This document shows positions 9,131-19,378 of a stretch of 51,049 bases of DNA, piece after piece (the first letter of the stretch is position 1; each line of letters begins with the position of its first letter). The translations under genes were made by a program, and so were the position numbers. The notes beneath the pieces are model-generated. The model searched no databases, had not been told where the DNA came from, and saw nothing but the letters and a program-made list of their open reading frames with translations. Source of the stretch: Chrysochromulina tobinii. Its lineage: Eukaryota. The stretch spans positions 1 to 51,049 of the forward strand of contig JWZX01003175.1 in NCBI GenBank assembly GCA_001275005.1, given 5' to 3'.

Positions 9131-10666
9131 CGGCGGCAGAGGGCGTGAGAGAGGAATGCGACCGGTAGAGGGCGTCGTGCCGAGCGCGCCCTGGCTCGCC
9201 TTGGCGCGTTGCAGGCCGGCCACGATGGAGGTTGCAAGGCGCCTCCCGATGCCCGGTACGCGCCGAAGCGCCTCCACATCCGCCTCACAAAGGGCGGCAT
9301 ACGTCCCGAAATGGTCAAACAGCGCCGCACGCCGCGTCGCTCCGATGCCACTCGTCCCGCCGAGGGCCGTGAGCGCCGACTCGAGCGCAGCCGCCTCTCG
9401 GAGCGCCCGGTGGCCTTCGAGCGCCGTGGCGTGCGCCTCGTCCCGCGCGCGGCGCAGCAGCAGCAGTGGCTTCGATTCGGCGCCACCGGCCGGTGAGCGC
9501 CACGGCATGCCGCTACCAATGCCGCTACCAACGGCGCTACCAACGGCGCTACCAACGGCGGACGTTGCGTCCGCACTCGCCTCGTGGTCGATTGCATGCT
9601 TCACACTCGCCTCGTGGTCGATTGCATGCTTCACACTCGCCTCGTGGTCGGCGTTCTCGGGGGTGAGCCACAGCAAGCTTGCCGACTCGACGCCATCACC
9701 GCCACCGCCCTGATTTCTGGCGGCCGCGCCAATCGTGTGGAATCCATACACGGTCTCGTTCCCCTTTGCCAGAGCGATTAAGGGCACGTGGCGAGCCTCA
9801 GTGGTCGCCAGCGCCGAGCGTGCGGCGTGGAGCTGCCCTTTGCCGCCGTCGATGAGGATGAGATGCGGCAGCGGACGGGACGTTGGCGAGCGTGACCATG
9901 CCGTGGATGCCGCCCCATCATCATCCTCAAGCTCGCCGCCCCCCGTACCCCCCACCTTCCCACACCCGACCTGCGGTGCTGGCGCGAAACGGCGCCGAAG
10001 GCCTTCGACAAGTGCCGCGCAGTCGTCGGCCGCGGGTGCCCTCTGGATCGGCCAGCGCTGGTGGCGAGCAGGCGCGGGCTCGCCGTCGACGAGCACGGCG
10101 CTCGAGACCACAGTGTACTCGCCGCCAAAGTGCGAAACGTCGAACGCCTCGAGCAGCCGCGGCGGGCCGTCGAGCCCGAGCCAAGCTTGCACCGCCTCGA
10201 GCGCCTCGACACGGCGACGCGCGGCGAGAGCACCGGCGAGCATGGCGCGCACGGCCGCACCGCTGAGGCCGAGGCGCACTGGAGCGTCCACTGCGCCGGC
10301 ACGCTCGTTGAGTGCGACGGGCAGCACCGCTCTCGTGGCCTCCGCGCTGCGGAGCCGCCGCAGACATTTGGCCGCGAGCCTCGCCGAGTCTGCTGAAAAT
10401 GGGCCGTGAACAGTGCCGTCCAGAGCGCCACCGGATGACCGGCGCGTGCGCACAATTCCATCCTCATCTACGGTCAAGTAGAGCTCCTCCGGCAGATCCG
10501 TCAATCTCGGGTTGGCAGCCTCGAGCTCGGCTTGTAAGATGAGAAGCTCAGCACTCTGCGCGTGCTGCGCATGGTGAATCTGGCGCACCGCGGACGTGGC
10601 GCGAGGAACCGAAAAACGTAGGCGCATCGCGAGGCCCGTGCTCGCAATGCAGAGCACAGCGAGCAT
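9131..10666 (-). CDS. uvrC: UvrC-like portion: RNase H-like 5'-incision endonuclease + helix-hairpin-helix domain, with N-terminal targeting-like presequence; exon 1 of a probable UvrC-UvrB fusion
   Basis: ATG 10666 MLAVLCIASTGLAMRLRFS; EAFDVSH, LPHLILIDGGKGQL, IALAKG, RARDEAH, GIGATRRAALFDHFG, LRRVPGIGRRLA; no GIY-YIG motif visible. Confidence 0.88.
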
Positions 10667-10926
10667 GGTGATGGCGGGCCGCCGTCCGCGAAGATGCGCC
10701 TTCACGGGCACAAAGATTCCTGGAAGGAACTCTCGACGACGCTTGGAGACCTAGGTCAACGGCACACTTGGAGGAGAGGGGTCTCCTTGTGGAACGTTGT
10801 GAGTTTTGGGCGGGTGTCGGCGACTGTTTCGTCCTTTCACGCGGGCAGCATGTTCTCCGCTGCACTCCGTCCGCTCTTTGCTCAGGGGGCTGTGTCCGAT
10901 CGAGCACACGCGTGGCGCTCCCGCAC

Positions 10927-12774
10927 ATGAGTCGGCGGCAATCCGTTGCGGGAAGCAATCTGGGCTTCTCTCGCGAGTTGGCCAGTCTCTTTTTTGAGGC
11001 AGACGTGGAGGGCGACAGAGAGGTCACGTTTGGCGAGTTTTCGAGTCGGATAGTGCCAACCAAGATGCTCGCAACCTCTTCCAAGGAAGAAATCAGAGAG
11101 CTCTTCGACAGCATCGACACGGACAAGTCTGGTAAGATCTCCATGAACGAGCTCTTCCTGTGGACACTCAAGTACGCGCAAGAGGAAACGGGTACCGGGA
11201 TAGATTCCGTCTTCCGTCGGTACGACAAATCGGGCAGGGGCGCGTTGACCATCACTGAATTCTGCACAGCTGCCGAGGAGCTCGGCTTTGGAGCAGCTGC
11301 GCACGACGTCTTCATAGAGCTCGATCCGGATGGTTCGGGGCAGGTCAGCTACTCAGAGATGAAGATAATGCTCGGACAGCGCTTGCTTTCGCCCATCGCC
11401 AAGCGGTTCATACGAGCAATGGCGTTCGACGCGGCGCAAAGAGCGGTGGAAGTGGATACTACAGGTTGGACATTGCGCCCCGAGAGCAAAGAGTCCATCC
11501 GAGAGCAAGTGCTCGAGAAGCTCAAGAGTTGCGCTCCTGCTCGAGCGAGCGACCTTTACCGCGCCATGAGCGGCGGTACCAACTTTATCCTCGGACGACA
11601 CAACTTCCACTTGGCCATGTCGCGAATTGGGATGCCGCCGAATCAGGAGGCGCTCGAAAAGGAACTTTACGACGACATAGACGGCGACGGCAGCGGCATC
11701 ATTGGCGACAGCGAATTTGTGGCTTGGCTGGCCGGTGGCGCCAGTCGCAGAGCGCGTGCTCGGAAGCTGACACTGCGCACGGGCCTTCTCGCGAATGCTC
11801 CCAAGTGGACGGGCGAGTGGGACGCAAACCGTCTGCGCCACGCGCTGCAGCTCGCGTTGATCCGAGCGGCCATCGCGCCCATCGATCTCATCCGCGGGTA
11901 CGCAGGCGATGACGCGAGCTTCTCAAAACAAGAGTTCCTCTCGATGCTCAAGCGACTCGTCAACGACCCGGGTGATCTATGGGAGACGCTCCGCGACGTG
12001 GTGATCGAGCTCTTCAACACGATCGCGGGTAGTAATAAGTCGGTCGACGTGACGGAATTTCAGTCGTGGCTGCAGATGGGATGGATGGAGGCCAAGCGGG
12101 ACGCAACGGGCTCCACGATCGAGGGCACGGGCCCCCTGGACGAACGGGTGGTCGAGACGGCGATCGAGCATTCCGCAGCGGCCGCCCTGAAGGTGGCGTC
12201 TTCGGCAACGACGGCCGTGCAGCGCCTGCAGCGGAGCGCCGTCTCGAGCACCCGCAGTGCACCCACTCTCATCGGCAAGCGCCATGTTGAGCAGCTCAAC
12301 GCGTTGATGCAGCCATTGCTGCCTCGCACGTGGCCCGCAAAAGAGGGCGACCATTCGTTTGCAAGGCGGTGGGCCTACCGGCCCAAAGCCTGCCTCGTTG
12401 ACAAAAGGCCGGTCCCCGTTCCGGATCCGCCGTTACCGCCGTGGCGGCTCACGCGCGCACGGATTGAAGGTCGCCACTTTCTCGTGCGCGAAGAATCCGA
12501 GGGCGTGCGGCCGCTGCGACGGGGCGAAGCCGCCCGCAAGCGAGCCGTCTGCTTTTACCAGGAGCACCGGCCGGCGCCATCCTGGGCGCCATCCCCGATG
12601 CATCGCACACCTCCATCGCGGCCGCTTGGGCAGCCAGGCGTTTTCGACGCTCGGACCTCGCTCCCGTTTGCCGGCGTGTCGAGGACGGTGATGACCGTGC
12701 AGGAAGTCGTGATGAAGGACCTCGCTGACGTGCGCGTGGCTGATTTCCTCGGGAGGACAAAGAACACGCGTTAG
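10927..12774 (+). CDS. Multi-EF-hand calcium-binding protein
   Basis: ATG 10927 (MSRRQSVAG); EF loops DVEGDREVTFGEF, DTDKSGKISMNEL, DKSGRGALTITEF, DPDGSGQVSYSEM, DGDGSGIIGDSEF. Confidence 0.88.
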   Translation: MSRRQSVAGSNLGFSRELASLFFEADVEGDREVTFGEFSSRIVPTKMLATSSKEEIRELFDSIDTDKSGKISMNELFLWTLKYAQEETGTGIDSVFRRYDKSGRGALTITEFCTAAEELGFGAAAHDVFIELDPDGSGQVSYSEMKIMLGQRLLSPIAKRFIRAMAFDAAQRAVEVDTTGWTLRPESKESIREQVLEKLKSCAPARASDLYRAMSGGTNFILGRHNFHLAMSRIGMPPNQEALEKELYDDIDGDGSGIIGDSEFVAWLAGGASRRARARKLTLRTGLLANAPKWTGEWDANRLRHALQLALIRAAIAPIDLIRGYAGDDASFSKQEFLSMLKRLVNDPGDLWETLRDVVIELFNTIAGSNKSVDVTEFQSWLQMGWMEAKRDATGSTIEGTGPLDERVVETAIEHSAAAALKVASSATTAVQRLQRSAVSSTRSAPTLIGKRHVEQLNALMQPLLPRTWPAKEGDHSFARRWAYRPKACLVDKRPVPVPDPPLPPWRLTRARIEGRHFLVREESEGVRPLRRGEAARKRAVCFYQEHRPAPSWAPSPMHRTPPSRPLGQPGVFDARTSLPFAGVSRTVMTVQEVVMKDLADVRVADFLGRTKNTR

Positions 12775-13058
12775 GTAGGTTAGAGTTCGCACCGTTCCAT
12801 CAAGAGTCGCAGGCTTGCTCCCACGGTGTGTGGTGGCGGCGGCCGGAACTCGCAGGGACGCCCCTTATCAGCTCACACTCCATCCCCTATCGTCGTAAAA
12901 AAAGCCCAAAACGACGCGTCGATTAAGTCTCTTTTGGGAAAGTCTTTTGTTTCGCATCTTTTTCGCACCGGGTGCGAGGCCCGCGCAGCGTCGGGGTCTT
13001 CGTGTCGCTCGGGCTCGCTCGCAACTCTCGCTGACGCGCAGCACTCGTGGCCGACTCC

Positions 13059-16000
13059 ATGACAGATTCTGAATCCGTAATGGTGAATGAGCCTGAGCTT
13101 TCTGACTATGTTGAGCTTGCTCAGCCATCAAGGCCATCCCCGCCATCGCCATCTCCCCCATCACCGCCGCCGCCGTTGCAACCACCACCACCACCGCCGC
13201 CGCCGCCATCGCCGCCACCGCCACCGCCACTATCGCCACCCTTGCCGCCGCCATCGCCGCCGCCACCGCCGCCATCGCCCTCACCGCCGCCACCATCGCC
13301 GCTGCCTCCGCCTCGGCCTCCGATGCCCCCGACACAGCCTCCACCGCCATCGCCCCCGCCGCCCCCGCGTCCACCCCACCCGAGCAAGCCACCCAGACAC
13401 CCCTCGATGTTCGCACTCCCCAAAGTCCCGAAGCTCCCATTGGAGGACCTTCCTACTATGGCACTCGGCGGGCTTATGGCCCCGATGATGGTCGCTATGG
13501 GAATCCACCACGTGCTGGGCGCGCTGCTGCTCGTCATGACAATGCTCTGCGTCTGTTGGCGAAGAGCCGCACCTTTTGGCGGTGCCGGCGGCGGTGCCGG
13601 TGGTGCCGGCGGCAATGGCAAAGGCAAGCCCGGGTACTTGCGTCTCGAGGATCTCGATGATCTCGACGAGGATCTCGAGGAGGGGAGATTGCGCGATCCG
13701 CGTCCTCTTCCTCGTCCACCACCGCCAACTCGTGCAAACACCCTGGCGAACACCCTCCTCTCGACTCAACCCCCTAATCCCGATCCTGTGCGTGGGCGCC
13801 GTCCGTCGCACGAGCATCAGACGGCGTCGTCGCGGGCGCCCTCGGATCCCAAGCCCCCCCTCGTCGTCCAGATCCCCTCACTGTTCTCTACCGCCACCAC
13901 CTCTTCGCCCAGGGCGGGCTCAAAGCTCACCCGCGCGGCCATGGCCACGAGCGCCGCGAGCCCGTCTGCGATCGCGGCGGCTGCGACGCCACGCCCACCG
14001 CATGGCTTCGTATCGCATGCAGAGTGGGCACCGGACCTTCCATTTGTGTGCCATCCCATGCCGTCGGAGGCACCTCCCCAGGGTGCCACGCCAGGCAAAA
14101 ACAGCCTAGCCCCCCCCGTGCGTTCTAGCTCCGAAGACCCATCCCTCGCTTCATCCCTCGAGGAGGACGAGGCGGAGGTCGAGAAGGATTCTGCGCGTGC
14201 GGCGGCGGAGATCCAGGGAGGAGTGGCCGCCTACCTTACGTATCAGCGGGCGGAGAAACGTAAAACGGAGAGGGAACTGGCAGCCAAGTTCGTGGTCAAG
14301 GAAGCTGAGGCCGTAGCCGCCTGGGAGACCGCTAAGGATGCGTGGGTGGCCGTGGACGCTACTATTGCAAGAGCAGACCTGGACTCTCAAGCGTCGTGGC
14401 AGAGCCCTAGCACAGCGACTGCCATCGTCGAAGTGACCCACACCCCGCATTGCTTCGAGCCGTTCCAACACGCAGTGGCCGAGATGGTACTGGCCACCAG
14501 GACGGCGCTACTGGGCGTCGATGAGGAGGCCTTGGCTCGGGAAGAGGAGCGAAGGCAACTTGAGGCCGCCGAGGCGATGAAACTCGCGAAGCACTATGCT
14601 CTCACGATCCTGGCCCATCACCAAGAGTCTCGGGCGTGGCGCACGTGGAAGGCAGTCACCGAAGAGGCGTGGGAGAAGAAGCTCGCATGGGTTCGCTGCC
14701 GTGCCTTCTTCATCAGGACTTACCGACGAAAAGGATTCGATCAGTGGTACGACGTCGCGAGTGCCACGTGGTCTCGAGAGCTCCAGATCATCACCGAGAT
14801 CGAGACTTGCCGACAGTCGCGCGCCTTTGGGCGCTGGCGCGTGGACTACGAGGCGGATCGTATGATGAGGAAGCGCCTCGTCAAGCTCGCCCACAGGTGC
14901 AAGTACTCTGCTTGCTTTCAGGCGTTTGCCAACCCGACAGCCGATAAGTACAAGGCCTTCGAGCGCCTGCGCGACCATGCCGCTGCCAGGCGGGCGCGAC
15001 AGGCAGCGGTGGCAAAGTTCACGGCCGTCCAAGTGCCGTATCAGATGCGCCTTGCGCTTCTCCACTGGAATGAGTCAAGTGCGGCGGCGCGCACGGCGGA
15101 GGAGCGTACCCGCCGCGTCCTCGCCCGACTCAACCCGGCCTCCGCCTCGATGCTCAAGGCCCTCGAGAAGCTGCACGAACACGCCCTGTTCGTTCACAAG
15201 GTCGAGAGCGCCGCACGTGGCTTCCTGTACGGAAACGTGCGACGGGGCTTCATGACGTGGGCTGGCCTGCGCCAAGAGAAGCTCGTGCATCAGCAGCAGG
15301 TGGTCTGGCTTGCCGTGCAGCGCGGCCACCGAGTGGGGGCCCTTCAGGAGATGTTCGAGGAGATTACGCCGTCCGTCATCGAAGAGCTGATCCAAATGAA
15401 GGACGCTCAGGGGACCACGCCGCTACTCTGGGCATCCAAGCGTGGATTCGGCGATATTGTCGAGGTGCTCCTCGCGTTCAGCAGCGACTTGGAGAGCGTA
15501 GTAGGCGCGCGTGACGCTGACGGCTGCTGCCCGCTGCACCATGCTGCCCGTCGCCACCACAATGAGATTGTGGCGATGCTTCTCGATGCAGGCGCCGACG
15601 TGCACGCCAAGAATAGCGTCGACAAATCGACGGCGCTCCATTGGGCGGCACGCAAGGACAATGGCGTCGCCATCCAGATGCTCCTTGAGGCGGGCGCCGA
15701 CCGCGAGGCGCAGAACTCGTGGGGCGCGACGCCCTTGGACAATGCGCTGTTTGCTAAGTGTTGGCATGCGGTGCAGCTCCTTGCGACGGACGCCGAGACG
15801 TTACGGGCGGCCGCCGAAGAGCTTGCGATCGAGCGGATCGTGCGCCCAACGGCAGAGGAGCGACACGAAAAATTAGCGAAGCTGGCTATGAATACGATGG
15901 TGCAGCGCGAGAATCGTCGCCAGAAGCTCGAAGCTCAGCACCAGGCTCGTGAGCAGCAGCAGGCTGCTATTGACGAGGCCGCGCGAGCCGCGCGCCGCCA

Positions 16001-16805
16001 GGGGGCTGCCGATCGTGCCTTGGCACGCGCGCTGCTGCCAGCGGCTGGGCACAAGCTGTCGGTTACCAAACAGAGGACCGCTTCTCCTCGGAAGCAAGCG
16101 CCCGGTGGCAATGGCGGCGGCGGCGCCCGAGACGGCACCCCGTCGAGCCCCCCTTCCAAACGTGCGGGGGGCAAGAGTAGTGCTCTGAGTTTGCGCGCAC
16201 TCGAAAAGGAGCTCAAGAAGAAGACTGGCGAGACCGGCGCTCCCGTGCCGCCGCCGACCACGGCGATGGTCCCCAGCTGCAGCTCCGTGGCTCCCGCAGA
16301 AGAGTTGTGGCGCGGCTTCTCGCTCGCGCAGCATGAAGAGCTCAAGCGGTGTGTGGACGAGGCGCGAGCGGCTGTCGAGGAGGCGGGGCCGCATGCGATG
16401 GACTTCATCAAGAAGCGGCTCGCCGAGGCTGAGGCGTGGCTCGATGATCTCGCGGCGGTGAATGCAAGCGCAGCGGCGGGCATTGAGCTCGACGGAGACT
16501 CTGCCGCCGAGACCTCTTCGAGCTCGGCTTCAAGCCTTGTGCCGGCCGAGTTGGAGCTGCCGAACGACGCCCTCTTGTTTGAGGCGACCTGTTCGCTCTC
16601 GCCCGTGTCGGCGAGCGAGCTGACGCCGCCGCCCGCGCACCCATCCGCGAGCCCAAGCTCCGGCGAGTCGTTGTCGTCGCGTCACTCGCACCGTTCACCC
16701 AAAGGGGCAAGCGAGTCGCCGATGCAGCGGCAGGTGCGCAAGGATCGGCTCAAAGCGCGCACGTCGGCAGGCCACAAGACGCCCGGCCCGCGACGCAAGA
16801 TTTAG
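13059..16805 (+). CDS. Large protein: Ser-Pro-rich N-terminus, transmembrane segment, helical W-containing (Sfi1-like) repeats, ~4 ankyrin repeats, coiled coil
   Basis: SPPPP runs 13135-13400; hydrophobic VLGALLLVMTMLCVCW followed by RR; RAWRTWK/KGFDQWY/RAFGRWR/RRGFMTW; GTTPLLWASKRG, CPLHHAARRH, TALHWAARKD, GATPLDNA. Confidence 0.8.
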   Translation: MTDSESVMVNEPELSDYVELAQPSRPSPPSPSPPSPPPPLQPPPPPPPPPSPPPPPPLSPPLPPPSPPPPPPSPSPPPPSPLPPPRPPMPPTQPPPPSPPPPPRPPHPSKPPRHPSMFALPKVPKLPLEDLPTMALGGLMAPMMVAMGIHHVLGALLLVMTMLCVCWRRAAPFGGAGGGAGGAGGNGKGKPGYLRLEDLDDLDEDLEEGRLRDPRPLPRPPPPTRANTLANTLLSTQPPNPDPVRGRRPSHEHQTASSRAPSDPKPPLVVQIPSLFSTATTSSPRAGSKLTRAAMATSAASPSAIAAAATPRPPHGFVSHAEWAPDLPFVCHPMPSEAPPQGATPGKNSLAPPVRSSSEDPSLASSLEEDEAEVEKDSARAAAEIQGGVAAYLTYQRAEKRKTERELAAKFVVKEAEAVAAWETAKDAWVAVDATIARADLDSQASWQSPSTATAIVEVTHTPHCFEPFQHAVAEMVLATRTALLGVDEEALAREEERRQLEAAEAMKLAKHYALTILAHHQESRAWRTWKAVTEEAWEKKLAWVRCRAFFIRTYRRKGFDQWYDVASATWSRELQIITEIETCRQSRAFGRWRVDYEADRMMRKRLVKLAHRCKYSACFQAFANPTADKYKAFERLRDHAAARRARQAAVAKFTAVQVPYQMRLALLHWNESSAAARTAEERTRRVLARLNPASASMLKALEKLHEHALFVHKVESAARGFLYGNVRRGFMTWAGLRQEKLVHQQQVVWLAVQRGHRVGALQEMFEEITPSVIEELIQMKDAQGTTPLLWASKRGFGDIVEVLLAFSSDLESVVGARDADGCCPLHHAARRHHNEIVAMLLDAGADVHAKNSVDKSTALHWAARKDNGVAIQMLLEAGADREAQNSWGATPLDNALFAKCWHAVQLLATDAETLRAAAEELAIERIVRPTAEERHEKLAKLAMNTMVQRENRRQKLEAQHQAREQQQAAIDEAARAARRQGAADRALARALLPAAGHKLSVTKQRTASPRKQAPGGNGGGGARDGTPSSPPSKRAGGKSSALSLRALEKELKKKTGETGAPVPPPTTAMVPSCSSVAPAEELWRGFSLAQHEELKRCVDEARAAVEEAGPHAMDFIKKRLAEAEAWLDDLAAVNASAAAGIELDGDSAAETSSSSASSLVPAELELPNDALLFEATCSLSPVSASELTPPPAHPSASPSSGESLSSRHSHRSPKGASESPMQRQVRKDRLKARTSAGHKTPGPRRKI

Positions 16806-17226
16806 AGATGGAGTAGAGGCTGGTACTCAGACGAGTGGAAGTTCCCGTGCGATCCTGGCTTGTGTGAGATGCACCGGCGTGCACTTCGTGCCGCAAGTGC
16901 GACCACAAGGCCCCCGCCGAGCCATCTCGTCACTTCTCAGCATGTGGCGAGCTCAGTGGCGAGCACGACAGTCGGTGTATCCGACGCGATTCATTTCATC
17001 AATGGCTGTGGTCAATATCTAATTTGCAATTTGTCATCCGCATCGCGCACGGAGCGCAAAGCCGTAGTCGCGTACACATGGAGCCGTTAAAGTTTACACG
17101 ACAGGGAGGCGCTAAAGGCTAAACCTTAACCTTAAAGCCTGCGGTATCGTACCGTACGGGGGGTATCGAGTCTCGGGCAACTGTGCCATAGTGCCGAGTT
17201 CTCTACTATTTGCTTCTACTTTTCTT

Positions 17227-18600
17227 TCAGCCGTTCTTCATAGAGCATGCCAAGTCCTGCTCGCCCAAACTGACCCGCACGCAGCGGACCTCTTGGTGGA
17301 CCACCTCGGCCGCCTCTTGGTGGACCGCATTCCGAGTCTCCGTCCTGAACCTCCGTCTACGTGATGATCGCCGTGGACCCGTCAGCGGAGTCGCCTCATC
17401 CACCCGAGACCATGATATGTTGGCTCTACGCGACCAATGGCCATACATCATTCCGGTGCCATTGGGTAGCAAGCAACGCGAGCAAGTCTCCACATTCATC
17501 AACAGCGCGCGGCCGCCCAAACAGTAGACACTCAGCCTGCGATGGAACAAGTGCTGCAAGAAGAAGGACTCCGCCGAGGGGCTCCGCCAAGCAGCAGGGT
17601 GCATCGGATGCGTGGTGCAGCGGGGACGAGAAGCTTCGCCCCTCGATAGGAGCTCGGGTGTACACTGGGCTCGTGGGGGATCGGGGTCGAGAAGCGACGA
17701 CCACATCTCCACGCGTGAGCGCTCCCAATACTGCGCGTCGCTGATCGCATACTCCCCGGCGTCGATAGATCGTTTCTTATCTCCAGCGGCTAGGCGCACA
17801 GCAGATGCAGTTCCGATAATGACAGTGTCGTCGATGGCGCCTTCGACATAAGGAGACACAAATGCAAAAATGCTCGAGTTGCGCACGAGCATCGGTTGTC
17901 CTAGGAGGCTCATCATGAATTGTCCGGTGGCCGCATCCCGGTGCCAGCTGAGTTTGGTGAGGTAAGTGTACAGGTACGCATCGGGCCGCGTCTTGACGAT
18001 GACGTCGTACTCTGGGCCCACCAAGCTCAGTGCGCGCTCCCAGAGTACGTACTGCGAGTACAGGTGGAGGTGCCACGATTCCGGGTCCGGGCCCAGAATC
18101 GACGTGTTCAGCCTCGCGTACTCGCCTAGCCAAAGCCCATTGAGAGCAAGGCCGGCCTTGTAAAACGACTTGCGAACGGCAGCTTCCGCCGCTCCGTGGC
18201 CTCCATGTTCGAGACCAAGCACGCACTCCGATTCGCGGTCGAACCAAGAGGCAAGGAAGATGCCAGCTGGCGGCGATTGCTTTAGCATCTGCTCGGTTGC
18301 CAGGTTGCGCGAGCACCGTTGCCAGTGCCGTAAGCCTCCTGCAATTGCGATTGCCACTCGAATAGGAGCGCCAGCCGGTGCTGCCTCAGCCCACGGCGCT
18401 GGTCGACAAACGTGTGTGCCTGGCCTTTTCTTGGCTGCCTTTTGCAATAGAGCAACGCACTCTGGCACGCCGTGCGCCCGTTTGCCAAAGAAGTTGCACC
18501 TCCGCCTCAACGGATGCTTTGGAAAGAAGAGCGCGCAGCACCGCCAGCCGCAAGTCGAGACATTGCATGAAACACGGCAAGCCGACTTGCATGACAGCAT
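17227..18600 (-). CDS. Hypothetical protein, putative glycosyltransferase-like fold; start uncertain
   Basis: 457-aa ORF with IRVAIAIAGGLR and YDVIVKTRPD motifs resembling an uncharacterised 'xAxCxSGxxR...YDxVIRxRPD' family. Confidence 0.6.
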   Translation of the reverse strand: MLSCKSACRVSCNVSTCGWRCCALFFPKHPLRRRCNFFGKRAHGVPECVALLQKAAKKRPGTHVCRPAPWAEAAPAGAPIRVAIAIAGGLRHWQRCSRNLATEQMLKQSPPAGIFLASWFDRESECVLGLEHGGHGAAEAAVRKSFYKAGLALNGLWLGEYARLNTSILGPDPESWHLHLYSQYVLWERALSLVGPEYDVIVKTRPDAYLYTYLTKLSWHRDAATGQFMMSLLGQPMLVRNSSIFAFVSPYVEGAIDDTVIIGTASAVRLAAGDKKRSIDAGEYAISDAQYWERSRVEMWSSLLDPDPPRAQCTPELLSRGEASRPRCTTHPMHPAAWRSPSAESFFLQHLFHRRLSVYCLGGRALLMNVETCSRCLLPNGTGMMYGHWSRRANISWSRVDEATPLTGPRRSSRRRRFRTETRNAVHQEAAEVVHQEVRCVRVSLGEQDLACSMKNG

Positions 18601-19378
18601 GCCGCGAACGGCCTTTCACGCGCTGCGCCGGTACACAACTGTATGTTTGGTTACCGGTCGAACTATACCGTACGCTTTCTGTGGGAAACGCGGCGCGAGC
18701 GATGGAGAAGAGCCTTAACTATACGCGAAAGCCACATACAGCTGTACATGTACGCTAAACTGACCCAGAGCGCATGGAGTCACGCGATACACGCCCTATA
18801 CGGCTATACGTGCTTGCCTATATTAAACCCAGGCGCTGCGGCATACGCGGAGGCGTAATATGCAGCTTGCAGCCAAGCGCAACACGCCCATACGCAGGGC
18901 TATACGACGCGAAACGCCGGGGCTCTGAGGCGCCACACACTCAGTACGCCGTAGCCATCGGAGCTCATCGTCATGAAGTACCACCTTGTATGTGCTACTC
19001 CCCGCCCGGGGATAAATCGTGGTTGCACCTCTCAACCACAGCGGCAAAGGTTCAGCAGCCTCGCTTGCATCTACCCGTCGGCGCCCTCCCCACCTCACTT
19101 CTGTGCCCCCGTGCCTTGAGATGAGCGTGGTGCCCTGGCGGCCTGCTAATTGTTGGACATGCGTGGTGCAAATCTGTGCAAATATGTGCACATCTGCATC
19201 GGACATCCGAAGCCCGATGGCGTCCTCGTCCTCGCAGGCTCTTCTCGACGCCGCCTCCCAGCAGCGGTGGACGTCCGGACGGCCGAGGCGGCGCGCCGTC
19301 AGAGCATCAGCCCAATGAGCTTCGTCAGAGCACCAGCCCAATCAGCCAGAAGGCGAGCGTGGCCGAAAATGAGCTTCG

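Noticed and set aside
5228..10666. Bacterial contamination or uvr operon
   Set aside because: Seven spliceosomal-type introns, several with the host's intron satellite, and eukaryotic neighbours on both sides
12868..13817. Gly-rich and Ala-rich minus-strand ORFs
   Set aside because: Reverse complement of the poly-Pro coding tract
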